57,983 nt of DNA, taken from assembly GCA_021432655.1 (NCBI GenBank), contig MU271473.1, positions 1-57,983 of the forward strand. Direction: 5' to 3'. Position 1 is the first letter of the stretch, and each line of letters starts with the position of its first letter. The notes beneath the pieces were generated by a model. That model saw only the letters and a program-made list of their open reading frames with translations, was not told where the DNA came from and made no database searches. A program made the position numbers and the translations under genes. Source of the stretch: Atractiella rhizophila (lineage: Eukaryota). Positions 1 to 11,794 of this stretch are shown piece after piece.

Positions 1-1
1 A

Positions 2-1306
2 GAAGGGACCGAGCTCGAGAGTGATATTTTCGAGAAGGGGCGGCAGAGGGGAGCTTGAGATGGTGGGAGGGAGGGGACATACATTGTGGAGAGTCAGTTC
101 CCGGAGGCTGTGTGGGAAGGAGAGTGATGGGAGAGCTGGATAGTTTGAAAGGTATAGAGATATTAAGCCAGCAGGTAATTGAAGCCCAGCTGATATTGGG
201 CTGGAGGCAGAAGATTCTTCAACTGTGGAAGCAGTAAAATATCTAACCCCCTTCACCCTCTGCACAATGTTCTCAACCTCCTCCTTCTTCCACTTTCTCA
301 AGCCTTCTGTAAGGATTAACAGATGGACCCGTCTCAAGCTTGCGATTGAATTCAACACAATCTTCGCATCCTCTTCGTTCCAAAGTGCCTCCGCGCGCAC
401 GCGAGTAACGTTTGGCGAACCCAATATGACCTCTTTCACCATTTCAGCACTGATGGCCTTTTCAAGCAGCAATACGTTCCACAGATGTCCAGCGTTGGGA
501 TACCGTTTTAAGCGAGCATGCAGCTCCTCCACAGAATCTGGCTTCTCCCAATATGGGGCTGAAACAGTCCTCCACAGCCGGCAGACTGCAGAGACTCGAG
601 TGAAGGAAACGAGATTTTTATCATTCAGATCTTCGATGTCGTGTATTTTGTATTTGCTCAATACTAGGAACTCGAAAATAAGGGAGAGCAATTCGATAGG
701 TAGCTGTGAGATGGTGGATGGAGTGATCCCCAGAGTTGGGGCTAGAGAGCACGAGAGTTGGATGATGGTCCCTAAACGAGAGGATGGGATTGATGATTTA
801 CGTTCAGTGAGAGGAACAAAACATCGTTCCTCGTTGGAGTATAAGGCGACGGGGACGAATGTAACCTGAGAATGGTGTTCTGGAAGGAAATAAAATTTGA
901 ACGTGAACGGGTCCGCGAAGGGCAAGTTGTCTGAATACACGGATAGATGATGTTTGGCATCCCCGAAAGTCACTGTGACACTTTTCTCGTCCAAGGTGAC
1001 GCAAAGATTTATAACGCCATCGGATTCGATTGCACTTTCGAGACCTTCAATTGAAAAATAGGACAACTTCGACGGCCCGTATGTGGACATCCAAAATCGA
1101 AGAGGTATAGAAAACGGGGGAGGTAAGACAAGCGTGACCCGTAGTGCGTGAATTGATGGAGGCAGGCAAGTAAAGAAGGAGGGAAGGATCGAGAGGTGGA
1201 TGGGAGTCCCGTCAATCAATGTTGCGGGGGTGATGAGATGGGCTAGCGCTATCAAATCTGGCCCTTGAGTGTTCTGGAGTAATGTCGACGTTTCTTGCTC
1301 GGTCAT
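2..1306 (-). CDS. F-box/LRR-like family F protein, copy F1 (partial; runs off the left window edge)
   Basis: Manual translation from ATG 1306 is open to the window edge (not in the ORF track because there is no stop): MTEQETSTLLQNTQG...ISQLPIELLSLIFEFL...VSAVCRLWRTVS (F-box-like)...ALWNEEDAKIVL...RKWKKEEVEN...YPALPSLSFP. Colinear with the 533-aa ORF at 30028-31629. Confidence 0.8.
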   Translation of the reverse strand, partial: MTEQETSTLLQNTQGPDLIALAHLITPATLIDGTPIHLSILPSFFTCLPPSIHALRVTLVLPPPFSIPLRFWMSTYGPSKLSYFSIEGLESAIESDGVINLCVTLDEKSVTVTFGDAKHHLSVYSDNLPFADPFTFKFYFLPEHHSQVTFVPVALYSNEERCFVPLTERKSSIPSSRLGTIIQLSCSLAPTLGITPSTISQLPIELLSLIFEFLVLSKYKIHDIEDLNDKNLVSFTRVSAVCRLWRTVSAPYWEKPDSVEELHARLKRYPNAGHLWNVLLLEKAISAEMVKEVILGSPNVTRVRAEALWNEEDAKIVLNSIASLRRVHLLILTEGLRKWKKEEVENIVQRVKGVRYFTASTVEESSASSPISAGLQLPAGLISLYLSNYPALPSLSFPHSLRELTLHNVCPLPPTISSSPLPPLLENITLELGPF

Positions 1307-2306
1307 TCCCGTAGAACAGGCAGTGTTAAAGCTTTACTCTCAGCGCAACAAGTCAATGAACGGAACCTGAAAAACCTGAGGACGAAGAGCGTAAAGCCGT
1401 TCACGGCAATCGGTGGATTAGGCGGCTCGCTTGAGTTCAGGCTCGCAGTGTTATGGGAAGGTGGAGCGCGTTGCTGGATTTATTTCGACAAGCCCCGATG
1501 ACGGTTTCAAGCGGGACTACAGGATAGTGTTCTGCATGCTGGACGAGGCCAGTGAGTCGCTGTTGCACTCTATTGGAACCACGTCGGAACATTATAACCA
1601 CTGTTTATCATAAACTTGCTCTCCCTGCCATTTGGGTATCCTTATGCGTCGCCGATGGGATACACAACTTAGTCATAATGTAGTATTATGGAGATTGTGG
1701 CCCGTCCATCCTTCATTCAGGAATAGGAATTGAGAACCCATCAAATGCCTCACGCGGTAAGAAACATGCTTTCTTCTGGAGATGAGACCTATGAGGCCAC
1801 CAGAATGGAAATTCGACACTTCGATAACTATGTTAACTTCAGGATTGAAGTTAGATGCGATGTTGACCGAATCCTGTGTGCGAAATGAACAGAGTTTCGA
1901 TGAGTTCACAGTTCTCACAAATAACTAGGTCCGGAAAATTCACTATGTGTCCAAACAAACGATGATCGACATTCACAATGATCACTTTATTATTTGATGT
2001 GCAATCAACTTAATGTACTGCTCAAGTACCGCCTTTGAACTGCTTGAAACATGAGGGGCTTTGTGGAGGAAGGAAGGCAGACACTTCTGAGATCCTGACC
2101 TCGATCGGTAGGTAGGTTGATCAAGGTGGAAGGGAGATATTTTCCGATACTACTACTGGAACAAGAACTGAGAAGAGCCACTTATTTCGCTCACGGTCAT
2201 GTGGGAGCTAGATGTGTGAATCGAGAAGACAATGGAGGTTTGCCTCCGCACTGGGCCCTGGCTAGGAAGAGAAGAGTTAAAGCTACCGATTGAGAAAGTA
2301 AGTCGG

Positions 2307-2609
2307 TCAGCAAAATGCTCGACCTGAATGAGTGTCTTTCTGTTTGCTGAAGGTGTACGCATCGTATGATCGACCCCAACATGAGGGTTTATCGACGCAC
2401 TTATCATTGATCACCCCACAAATGCAAGGAAATGCAAGATTGCACGAACCCCAGCTTTGCTGGGAAAACGGAAAACAACCACCCACCTTCCCACTTTTGG
2501 TAATTCCCACTGGAACTGTTCCCTTGTTTCCCACCACCACTGTACAATCTGATTGGAGCTGTTGGAGGCTCACTAGACTCTGGCTGAGATTTGGATCGGC
2601 GCTTGACAC
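2307..2609 (-). CDS. Possible exon of a small Cys-rich hypothetical protein
   Basis: ORF with clustered Cys (GCFPF..SCNLAFPCICGVINDKCVDKPSCW); no recognisable domain or clear start. Confidence 0.2.
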   Translation of the reverse strand: MSSADPNLSQSLVSLQQLQSDCTVVVGNKGTVPVGITKSGKVGGCFPFSQQSWGSCNLAFPCICGVINDKCVDKPSCWGRSYDAYTFSKQKDTHSGRAFC

Positions 2610-3058
2610 GTTTGGAGGTCGCGGAGCCGATACAGAACCTTATCTCACCGAGGCAGAGATAAAATTTCGAGCAACGACCACAATCTCGAGCCCCCTATTG
2701 CCACAAAGACTCCCTCAGCGAAATCTGCCTCAGGGCACTGCTACAGGCCAAAGACATTTCTAGACGTCTATATTGAGAGGAGGAAGGGGTCCTGTGTTAC
2801 AACAGGTACGCGGTTATTCGGTGCAACGGGTTTCACGCTTTGACCTCTATTCTTCTCGTTTTTCTCTTCTTTGGGCATCCACCAACAGGCTCGAGCTTTG
2901 TTCTCAACGTCCAGTTCCGCTCCCCTTACAGCGTAGCTACTCACGTTTTAATCGCTCTAATTCCCGCAATCCATTCCACTCGATCCAACCCGTTCGTCCA
3001 CTTCTCTTTTCCACGACAAAAAACGGGCTGATGAGAAGGAGGATGTAGAACATTCTCA

Positions 3059-3580
3059 ATGGCTTCCACATCTAGTTTCATGCTCACTCCAACGAGATCC
3101 CCTCCTCGAACCCCGCCTCCAGCGCGCCAAACCCTCTCTTTGCGCCTGCTCTCACCGCCACCCCTTCCCAAGGTCCCATCGTCGCGTCGTAGCCCTCTCC
3201 CACCCTCTGGAGAGGTGCGTAGCTCCTCGTTACGGCTGCAAAACGCGCTTGGGTTCTCGCGTTCTTCGCGATCGTCCCCGATATGGGCGAAGAACCCTAA
3301 TCCGAAGATGGCGAGGTTGCAGGGGAAGATAGAAAAAGGGAGGCGGAAGATTGTAGAGAAAGAGAACAAGAAGAAAGTCAAGAAAGCTTTCTCGTCGACT
3401 CCTACCGGACTCTTTACTCCTTCGGCCTCTCCCGACGCGTTGATGGAGATAGATCAGAAGAACGTGTTTGAAGTCTCTTTCGATCGGCGGGAAAGGGAAG
3501 GAGACGAGAAGAAAGGAGGAGAGAAGGAACGAGGGTTGAGACTCGGCATCGGCTTATTGCCGGCTTTCGAACTCGCCTGA
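3059..3580 (+). CDS. Hypothetical Ser/Pro/Arg-rich basic protein (173 aa)
   Basis: ATG-started ORF, SP/TP-rich N-terminus and Lys-rich middle; no domain recognised. Confidence 0.3.
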   Translation: MASTSSFMLTPTRSPPRTPPPARQTLSLRLLSPPPLPKVPSSRRSPLPPSGEVRSSSLRLQNALGFSRSSRSSPIWAKNPNPKMARLQGKIEKGRRKIVEKENKKKVKKAFSSTPTGLFTPSASPDALMEIDQKNVFEVSFDRREREGDEKKGGEKERGLRLGIGLLPAFELA

Positions 3581-5104
3581 TTGAGGTGCGTCGCTTTTAC
3601 ACCCGCGGATGGATGGGAGTTGATGAGGTGCTGTGCTGGACAGCGTCATTTTCTACTTGGTGGTGCATATCAGCAGTATCAGTGAGAATACCCGACAGAA
3701 GAGGACCCTGCCAACGTCTCATCCAAATCGACGTTGATTCTTCGTTTCGCGGTCCTTAGAACGCACCGGCCCTCACCTCTAGTCGCCTTTCCCATCACGT
3801 TGGGATCTCTGTGTCTCTCGGCTGTTGTCTACATAGGTTCATATTCCCGCCGTCCGATCAGCTACCTCGGCGGATCCAACTACCCGACTACGTCTTCGTA
3901 TCGTCCAGGCTGGTCGAAACGAAATTGTGACAAGTTCTGTTCAGTGCATACCGTACCTTTCGTCAGTGACAGGGTTTACTCGATATATTTGTGCCTTCTT
4001 CGAACTTCAGTACCTCAGTTGAAAGGGTTGATATCTTTGTACGTTCGGTGGATTCTACTGTGTGAAGGAGTACCTGTCATCTTCAGTTCCTCCAAACCTG
4101 TTCTGTGATCCATCGTGCTTGTTACGTTTGATCGACTTTTCTTCTTCATTCTTCATCGAAGCATTAACAACATTTTCACGCTGATTGACGACAACAACAA
4201 GCTTTCATAGAGGTTTTGCATCTCTTGCCGCTTCAAGCCCTTTTTTCATCGTTTCAACTCCTCCCAACCGCCTCAATCTACCTTTCAGTGCTCGATCAAC
4301 TATCGATCAGTACCTATTATTCGTCCGACCCTTCGCCTATCCCTTACTATACCTATCTATGTCTATTTGCACACGTCGCGTCGCTTGCAACCATTTCCGC
4401 TTAGTATCGGTATCGCAGAAACTGTCTTACTGTTTCTTGTTTTCCTTTTATCCCTTCCACTTCTTGTCCTTCCGATTCTTTTTCTGGAGCAATCTCCGCA
4501 CCTAGAGAGCAGACAGCAGATCATCTTCTGACTTTGCTTGACCTTTTCTTTCACTTACGTTCTGGCTCTGTTTTCCTTACTTCTTTCGTCTTTCTTGCAA
4601 ACCTTTACCGCTTCTTTTCAAGCTTTCAAGCCAGAGCTCGTATGCTTCAACATCTTCGCTCTCTTCTTTAAGTTAAATTAGAGTCAAGCGCACGTGTTTT
4701 TGTACGACCACCTCGCCTTGCTTTCCCCGTCCTCCTCGTCATGTCTTTGTCATGAGATGATTACGCCCCCCGCTTTTCTCCCGTACTCGCCCCGTTCTTC
4801 TTACCGCTTAGCCTGGATGTCATTTCTTGTTGGTAGGAGTAGGAATGGAGTTGTTGTGTTCGTGGGAAGCATTGCAGAAATGACAATTACGTTTATCACG
4901 ATTCACGGGTCCATTCCTTACCACAGCCTCGCGAGATCAGGGACATCAGTCGGGTAAAACTGTTAGCGATATTATTGACGGGTAAAGTCGAAGACTGATC
5001 CAAGAACCCATGATTACAGTACAACATCACATCTAACACGAAACAGCTTCAGTAAGCATGCGAAAAATGAGACTCTCTTCGTATATGTCGTGAATCGTGA
5101 ACCC

Positions 5105-8100
5105 CTACTCCTCCCCAGTCTTTGAGGAGACACCTTTGACAGTCGTCTGACTCGGACTCTTCTTAGCGTTGTCAAGGACATTTGACAGCCTATCCCTCCG
5201 CCCCTCAGCCTGTTGAACCTGCTTCTCCAATCCCCTAATGGTCTCATTGAGCTCCGAGACCCGCTCTTTCGCCCCTTGCCGCTCCCTCTTCACCTTCTCC
5301 TCCGCAGCCTTCAGACGACCCTCCAACTCTTTCAGTCGTGCCTCCCACTTCCCCTCAGCGACGGAAACTTTGATGCGCGCATCTTCCAGCTTCTCCTCCG
5401 CCATCGAGAGCTGGTTCTGCGTCTGATTCAGCTTTCTTTCGGCAGTCGAAGCTTTCGCTTGAAGAGCAGAAATCTTTGCCCCACTTCCGGGTTCGGTGCC
5501 ACTCGAAACACGGGATTTGAGTGAGGTGATCTGATGATTCAACTCGGTATTCGTGCCTCGAACCGCTTCGAGTTCCGCTGACTTGGCTTGCAAGCGTTGG
5601 CGCCATTGCTTCTGCATGTCGGTCGCTGTCTTGATGGAGTTTTCGAAACGGTCAAGTTGGCGGAGCCTTGCTTCTTGCTGCTTCTTCAGCGACCTGTACT
5701 GTGTATAAGTGACAAATGACGGGAGTTGGGAATACAACAACGAACATGAATTGATCAAAGAACTTGGTCTCCAGTTCCTTAGCTCGCTTCTCAAATGTCG
5801 TCCTCAAGTTTCCAATCCCCTTCATACGGTTCATGAGGTTATCCTGGAAGACATCGAAATTTGAGTATGGTTTCGCCTCTTGCTGTCCAGGTTTGCGCTA
5901 GAACGACACATCAATGCTTCCTCTGCCAGTAAAAGAAAATGACAAACAGGTGTCCATTCGGATCCTGCGATCTTGTCGAGGTATTGGTAAACAGTTAGGA
6001 GTAGAGTATTTCTCTCCGTCAGTTGGTCTCGGTATTGATGTTCGGCTTTCGTGAGGTTCTTCGTATCTGCGGCAAGCTGATGTTCAAGCGCACTGGCGCG
6101 CTCCTTGGCGACGGCGAGCTCAGTTTGTGCATCTCGAAGGGACTGAAGAACAAGTAATCAGCGAAAGCCCACGGGCAAGCTAGGAGGCAGTATACCTTAG
6201 TTGTTTCGTCCAACTTATCGGTAAGACTCAGCCTCGTCTGCGTTTGCGTTGCTAGCTGGCTGCTAAGATCTCGATTCTCCGAAGTCTGTCTCTCGATCAA
6301 TACAAGGAAATCGAGGAATAGTGAAACTGACGAGCGTAGAAACGGAGACACTCTTCTCTCTGAGATCTCGGTCTTTGACATCCAGCTCAGCTTGAACCTT
6401 TCTCAATTCCGCTTCGCATCGAGAAAGGTCTCCTTTGAGACGCTCCAGCTCAAGTTCAAGAGACAAACGCGCTTCTGAATGAGTTGCACCAAGTTTCTTC
6501 GACTCGTTCTCGATGGATTTCAGCCCATCTTGCACCTTTTGCAGATCAGCTTCACGGATCTCGAGCTTCTGTTTCGTCTGTGCGAAGTCAGAAAACACGT
6601 CCGAGAACGTGTTCGAGACNNNNNNNNNNNNNNNNNNNNNNNNNNNNNNNNNNNNNNNNNNNNNNNNNNNNNNNNNNNNNNNNNNNNNNNNNNNNNNNNN
6701 NNNNNNNNNNNNNNNNNNNNNNNNNNNNNNNNNNNNNNNNNNNNNNNNNNNNNNNNNNNNNNNNNNNNNNNNNNNNNNNNNNNNNNNNNNNNNNNNNNNN
6801 NNNNNNNNNNNNNNNNNNNNNNNNNNNNNNNNNNNNNNNNNNNNNNNNNNNNNNNNNNNNNNNNNNNNNNNNNNNNNNNNNNNNNNNNNNNNNNNNNNNN
6901 NNNNNNNNNNNNNNNNNNNNNNNNNNNNNNNNNNNNNNNNNNNNNNNNNNNNNNNNNNNNNNNNNNNNNNNNNNNNNNNNNNNNNNNNNNNNNNNNNNNN
7001 NNNNNNNNNNNNNNNNNNNNNNNNNNNNNNNNNNNNNNNNNNNNNNNNNNNNNNNNNNNNNNNNNNNNNNNNNNNNNNNNNNNNNNNNNNNNNNNNNNNN
7101 NNNNNNNNNNNNNNNNNNNNNNNNNNNNNNNNNNNNNNNNNNNNNNNNNNNNNNNNNNNNNNNNNNNNNNNNNNNNNNNNNNNNNNNNNNNNNNNNNNNN
7201 NNNNNNNNNNNNNNNNNNNNNNNNNNNNNNNNNNNNNNNNNNNNNNNNNNNNNNNNNNNNNNNNNNNNNNNNNNNNNNNNNNNNNNNNNNNNNNNNNNNN
7301 NTCCCTCTCCTCCGCTACTCTCCTCTCTCCACCGCTCCAACCTCTCCTCCAACCGCCTAGAGCTTGTCCACGCGAGTAATGAGTAAAGAGGAAAGGGAAG
7401 GAAGTAGTGGTAACACAGCGCGCAGCAGAAGTACAACACCACAACTGAACCTACTTAAGCTGTGTCCTTTTACGCAGGGAGGCTAGAGTCTGCTAGCGTG
7501 TCCAATGCTACGAGTGGAGGGCCTTATGCCTCTTTCTCTTCGACATGCTGCTCTAACTTCAGGAGTTTCTTCTCATACCCGGCTAATGTCTGGCTAAAGC
7601 TCGCGCATTTCGCCCTTGCTCTAGCTCTCGCTCGGCCGTCGTCCCGCTCCTCGTACTAACTGCTACCTCCCCTACCTCTCTCCTCGTCCCTCCTTTACCT
7701 TCTACAAGCAATAGGGGGTGAAAGTAAGAACTGAGATAAACGATTAACAACCCACGCAGCTTTCCTATAGTTACGCATGGCCCTATTCCAACGTCGCTAC
7801 CTCGACGCGGAACTCGTCTTCCTCTTCCTTTATCTGCTGGAGTACGTGCTGGAACTATACGCGCTAGTCCTTGTGCCTCTGCTCCACTTCGCCCGTCTTC
7901 TCCTAACCTTCCGACTCTAACTGCTCCGCGCCCGACGTTTCCTCCTTTACCGAGAGCAAGCAGAGGGAGAGAAGACGATGTGTAAGAATGAAAGCCTACG
8001 AGTTACAAACGAGCAAGCCCATACCCACTATCTACCACCTCCTAGCGCTTCTCCTCTAATTCCTTGAACACCTCTTCAAACTCCTTAACCTGCGTCAGAG

Positions 8101-9963
8101 TTTCCTCCTACGCCTAGCTAACCTTCTTAGAGAACGAGTTAACCTCCTCCGTGCTCGTGTCAACCGACTCTTCCTCTTCCTGAACCTTCTCTACCTCTTC
8201 CTTCGTCAACGCGAGTGCCTTCTAGACTTCTGACAGGCAAAAAGGGGGAAGAAAGTAGATGACGAAATGACTGTCTACAGTATCGACCCATTGGTTCGCC
8301 CTCCTCTCACTGCCCGACACCGCGCTTCCGCCCGCCTCACTCCTCCCATCCCACCTCGCATCGCTCAGTCTCGATCCAGCCCTCTTCCTCCTCCCCTCGA
8401 CCGACATCGACATCGCATCCTCCTCCTCCAGACGCTCCAACGCCTCATCCAATCTCGCCCTCGCGACCTCCAACTCAGCCGCAAGGTCCTCCCTCTCCTC
8501 CCTCTCCCTATCCAGCTCAACCAACAACCTCTCGACCTCCTCATCCACCTCTCCCTCACTCATCCTTCCCCCCCTCCTCATCTCCCTCACCTGCTCCTCC
8601 AAATGAGCCCTCGTCTCCTTCTCCCGCCCATAATCCCTCTTCCACCTCGCCACCTCCCTCTCCAACTTCCCCACCATCTCCTTCTCCCCCCCATGTCCCG
8701 GCCGCAACCGCTCCCCGCTCTTCTGCTGCTTCTGTAACGTCTCCAACGCCCCCTGCGCCTCGAGCAAAAGCCGCTTGTACTTCTTCATCTCCGTTCGTGC
8801 CGCTTGGAACTCGATTTTCAGCTCAATGTTCTCTTTCAGGGCGGCGTCGATCTGGTCGGGTGCGAGCTTGGCAAGTCGGTCTTCGAGGAAGAAGATCTTG
8901 AGCTTGAGATTGAAGTTTTCTTTCTTGACGGAGTCGATGACCTGTTTTTCACTGTGTTAGAATCTTGCGTATTTTTATGAGAGATGGAGGAGGAGGTCAG
9001 AAAGAATAATGTAGTTATCACAGCGCTGTCTCGAAGAAACATAGCTCAGAAATACCCCTTCAAATATTTGAGCGGTCATCAATTTGCTCCTCCTTCCCTC
9101 CAAAACCATCAACAAAGAAAAAAAAGACACACATTCTCCTGTTCCCTAAGCGTCATCTTATGCTTCCCCTTCCCCTTCCCCGCCTTCTCCTTACTCGCAC
9201 TCTTCAACCCATCGCTATAAAAGCTCTCCCCCTCCTTCTTCAACTCGAACCCATCTCCACTCTTCCACTCGCTCAGCTCCTTCAACTCCGTATCCCCCTC
9301 TCCCTCCCTATACCGATCCAAATCGCTCCCCAGCCTGCGGAGGGAGAGAGACGTTTCTTCGCCCACATTGAGGGAGTTGGATGGCGGCGACGGTTGCGGT
9401 TGAGCATGAATCGGCAATTTCTTCCGTCCACTCTCCTTCTCCTTCTCCTTCTCCTTCTCTTTCCGATCACGCTCGCGAGACTCTGGTTCTTTAGGGGCGG
9501 AAGGACGAGGCTGCCGAGCCTTGGTGAGGAAATAGGACGAATCGTCCTCCACACTCGTCGCCCGCGTCTCCGTCTCCGTCCCAACCCCATCGCCCGTACT
9601 CGCACTCGAATCCCCAGGCGCAGACACCATGACCGCGCTATTCCTCTTCGTCGCCGGCGGGCGCTCACCCAACAAATCCTCCCCCTCCTCCTCCATATCC
9701 ACATCCAAATCCTTCCCACCACCAGCCCCACTCATCTTTCGCATATGGCCATGCCCAAGCTCCTTCTCGCGCGCGCGGTTCCGCCGCTTCTCCAGCTGCG
9801 CGGCCTCGTACTCCTCCGCATCGAACGACTCGACGTGCGAGCCGAACGTGAGCTCGTTCCGGCCTAACGTGCGGTTCGGACGCGGCGTCTGGTTCGAGGG
9901 GTCGGGGTCGAAGGAGGACGAGTCGTCGTGGATGGTCGAGAGGCCGGGGAGGTACGTCGCCAT
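5105..9963 (-). CDS. mto1: Mto1/ApsB-like centrosomin-motif (CM1) coiled-coil protein, gamma-tubulin complex recruiter; multi-exon, spans the N-gap and the mirrored block
   Basis: Spliced CM1 motif MTLREQEN|VIDSVKKENFNLKLKIFFLEDRLAKLAPDQIDAALKENIELKIE (intron 8942-9132); long coiled coils; C-terminal WEARLKELEGRLKAAEEKVKRERQGAKERVSEL resembles the Mto2-binding domain. Middle exons lie in the mirrored block 7302-8300. Confidence 0.85.
6620..7301. other. Assembly gap (682 N) inside the Mto1-like gene
   Basis: Run of N. Confidence 1.
7302..8300. other. Reversed-but-not-complemented block 1, carrying Mto1 exons
   Basis: Complement read left to right gives GRGGDERREVARLERRLADLEQ|ENASLRSQTIAQVTMLTSRNTEKEKLYDEIEVLKEE...|DINAYRDKVAAMELRLEQKEKEIDDLMHDL...|MVEDREEEIKELVEKFEEL with four GT..AG introns, and continues the SGSERR frame ending at about 8301. 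Confidence 0.93.
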
Positions 9964-10175
9964 CTGCGTGGCCCAGTTGGTCGTTGGGCTGTGGATGTGA
10001 AGTGTGAAGGAAGGGAAGGGAAGTGCTGATGCTGATGATGGCGATCGTTGTTGGGCAAAACAAACGACGCGCCATCAGCATGCTGTCACGTGATGTCATC
10101 GGGATTATACTATTCAGGAATGTTATTGCGTGTTGAATGTTTGATTGCACTTTACAGCACAGGTGGGATAAGAAT

Positions 10176-11013
10176 TCAGTATGCGCGTCTATCCGCCTTC
10201 TTGCCCTTCAAGAACTCCTTCTCAGCCCTCTTCCTCCTCTTCCACTGTCCCTCCATCCTCCTCACCCTCTCCATCTTCTGCTCACTCGTCACACCTTCCA
10301 CCCATGCATCCAAGCGCAATTAACCATCACAGACAACTAGTGAGGATGAAGTAAAGAAGGGAGATGGCAGACGCACCACCCAATCCTCCCTCCCACGCCT
10401 CGCACATGATCCTCCACAACCGCTTCTTCGCCTCCTCCCTATTCCCCGGCTGCGTCCGATGCTCCTGTGCCGATATCTGCAGCGATCCGTACGGCGGAGG
10501 ACTCGAGATGTGGTGCGCCTACTTCAACCCTTTTGTTCAGAGCAAGGAATAAAAAATGTAGTGGAGTCGAAGTGACGGACGGTGTGTTGGAGATTGTACA
10601 TCACGTATGGTGGCACTGAGAGACGTGAGAGGGGGAGGACGAGGACCGCTCGCGTGTTCACTGTTGCGTTGGTGTGTGAGGGATGGGAGAGTGAAGGGAA
10701 GTGTTGCGAACCTTTGTTCACGTTTTGACCGCCGGGACCAGACGAGGTGGTGTATGAGAAGGAACATAGATCTGTACAGGAGACGTTAGAAACTTCATGC
10801 ACGCTCTGAATCGAAATTGAAGCATCGAGCTCCACGAGTAATTATTCTGGGAGTCAATATGCTAGATATACGAAAACGCGAAACCTCAATGGAAATCGAC
10901 TGCCATGTTATTCTGCCTTCCAACCTTGCGCTGATGTCTACCGAAACGCTTCTTGTTGGAATAAATAATTTGCAGGGCTTGGACAAAAGGAAAAAGAGAA
11001 GTTGCAACTTCAT
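10176..11013 (-). CDS. PTH4: Mitochondrial peptidyl-tRNA hydrolase / ribosome rescue factor, ICT1/Pth4 (RF-1 GGQ) family; multi-exon, start uncertain
   Basis: Spliced translation SYTTSSGPGGQNVNK|VNTRAVL...|...LQISAQEHRTQPGNREEAKKRL...|...RVRRMEGQWKRRKRAEKEFLKGKKADRRAY*: GGQ motif plus basic C-terminal tail. Confidence 0.85.
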
Positions 11014-11095
11014 AAACGCGGCCGCTCCACTTCACTTTGTCTCCCTCACATCCAGCAGAACGCGACGCCGTGAACCATGTGGTCTATTTCCAGAC

Positions 11096-11353
11096 CTAAA
11101 GACCTAAAGAAACGAAGATGGAAAGAGCATAATGAAAAAAAAAAAGTGAAGCTAAACGAACAGAGAAAACATAAGAAGAAAAACAATCCAACACACCCTC
11201 CGGAATGCCCTGCTTATGCGCCACTTTGAACGCTTCATACTCCTTCCACGCCATCTTGATGCCCTCATTATCCCTCGGCAGATACGGGTTCTCCTTCATT
11301 TTGGACAGAGGGAGCGAACAAGAAAACTGTCTCCTTGGAGGAGGGGCTGCCAT
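11096..11353 (-). CDS. Small hypothetical protein (possibly a first exon)
   Basis: ATG ORF with protein-like composition (KENPYLPRDNEGIKMAWKEYEAFK); no domain recognised. Confidence 0.25.
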   Translation of the reverse strand: MAAPPPRRQFSCSLPLSKMKENPYLPRDNEGIKMAWKEYEAFKVAHKQGIPEGVLDCFSSYVFSVRLASLFFFHYALSIFVSLGL

Positions 11354-11794
11354 AGCGGTAGCGGGACCCTGCGGCGGTTCGTAAAGAGAGATATGACGCG
11401 GTTGTTTCTGCCTTTACCCTTGGAATGGCCGTAACCAAATCATGGGAGATAAACCTGGACCGTAATATTAGGGGAATACTCATGAGCTGTCATCAAAGTC
11501 ACGTTTGTCTTCTTATATCTCGCGCTGACGCGCGCCATCCCGCGCGGAGGGAACTTCAAGTCGACTCAACTGCAATAACTGCTCGAGCTGGAGCGCTGAA
11601 ACGCTGGCTGAAGTCTTAAGTGTACACTCCATTACTGGAAAATGTGCCGATAGCTCGTACAATGATCGATGGGTGTCTTGACGATCCTGTCTGAGTGCGG
11701 TCGAACTTCACAATCTGGACTTTACATATTATTTCGATGAACTCTATAGATGAATATAACTGCTGATCTGTTCACATGTACCTGCGAACCCCCC

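Noticed and set aside
225..869. Plus-strand 214-aa ORF, and similar antisense ORFs at 8267-8737, 9160-9867 and 12487-13173
   Set aside because: Antisense shadows of real minus-strand genes.
6263..7444. Long ORFs of 284-393 aa spanning the N-gap
   Set aside because: Artefacts of translating through N; only about 6330-6619 is real Mto1 exon.
7302..8300. Mirror blocks as a novel biological inversion mechanism
   Set aside because: Both start exactly at assembly gaps, block 1 carries indel errors, and no known chemistry produces them; an artefact is far more parsimonious pending read data.
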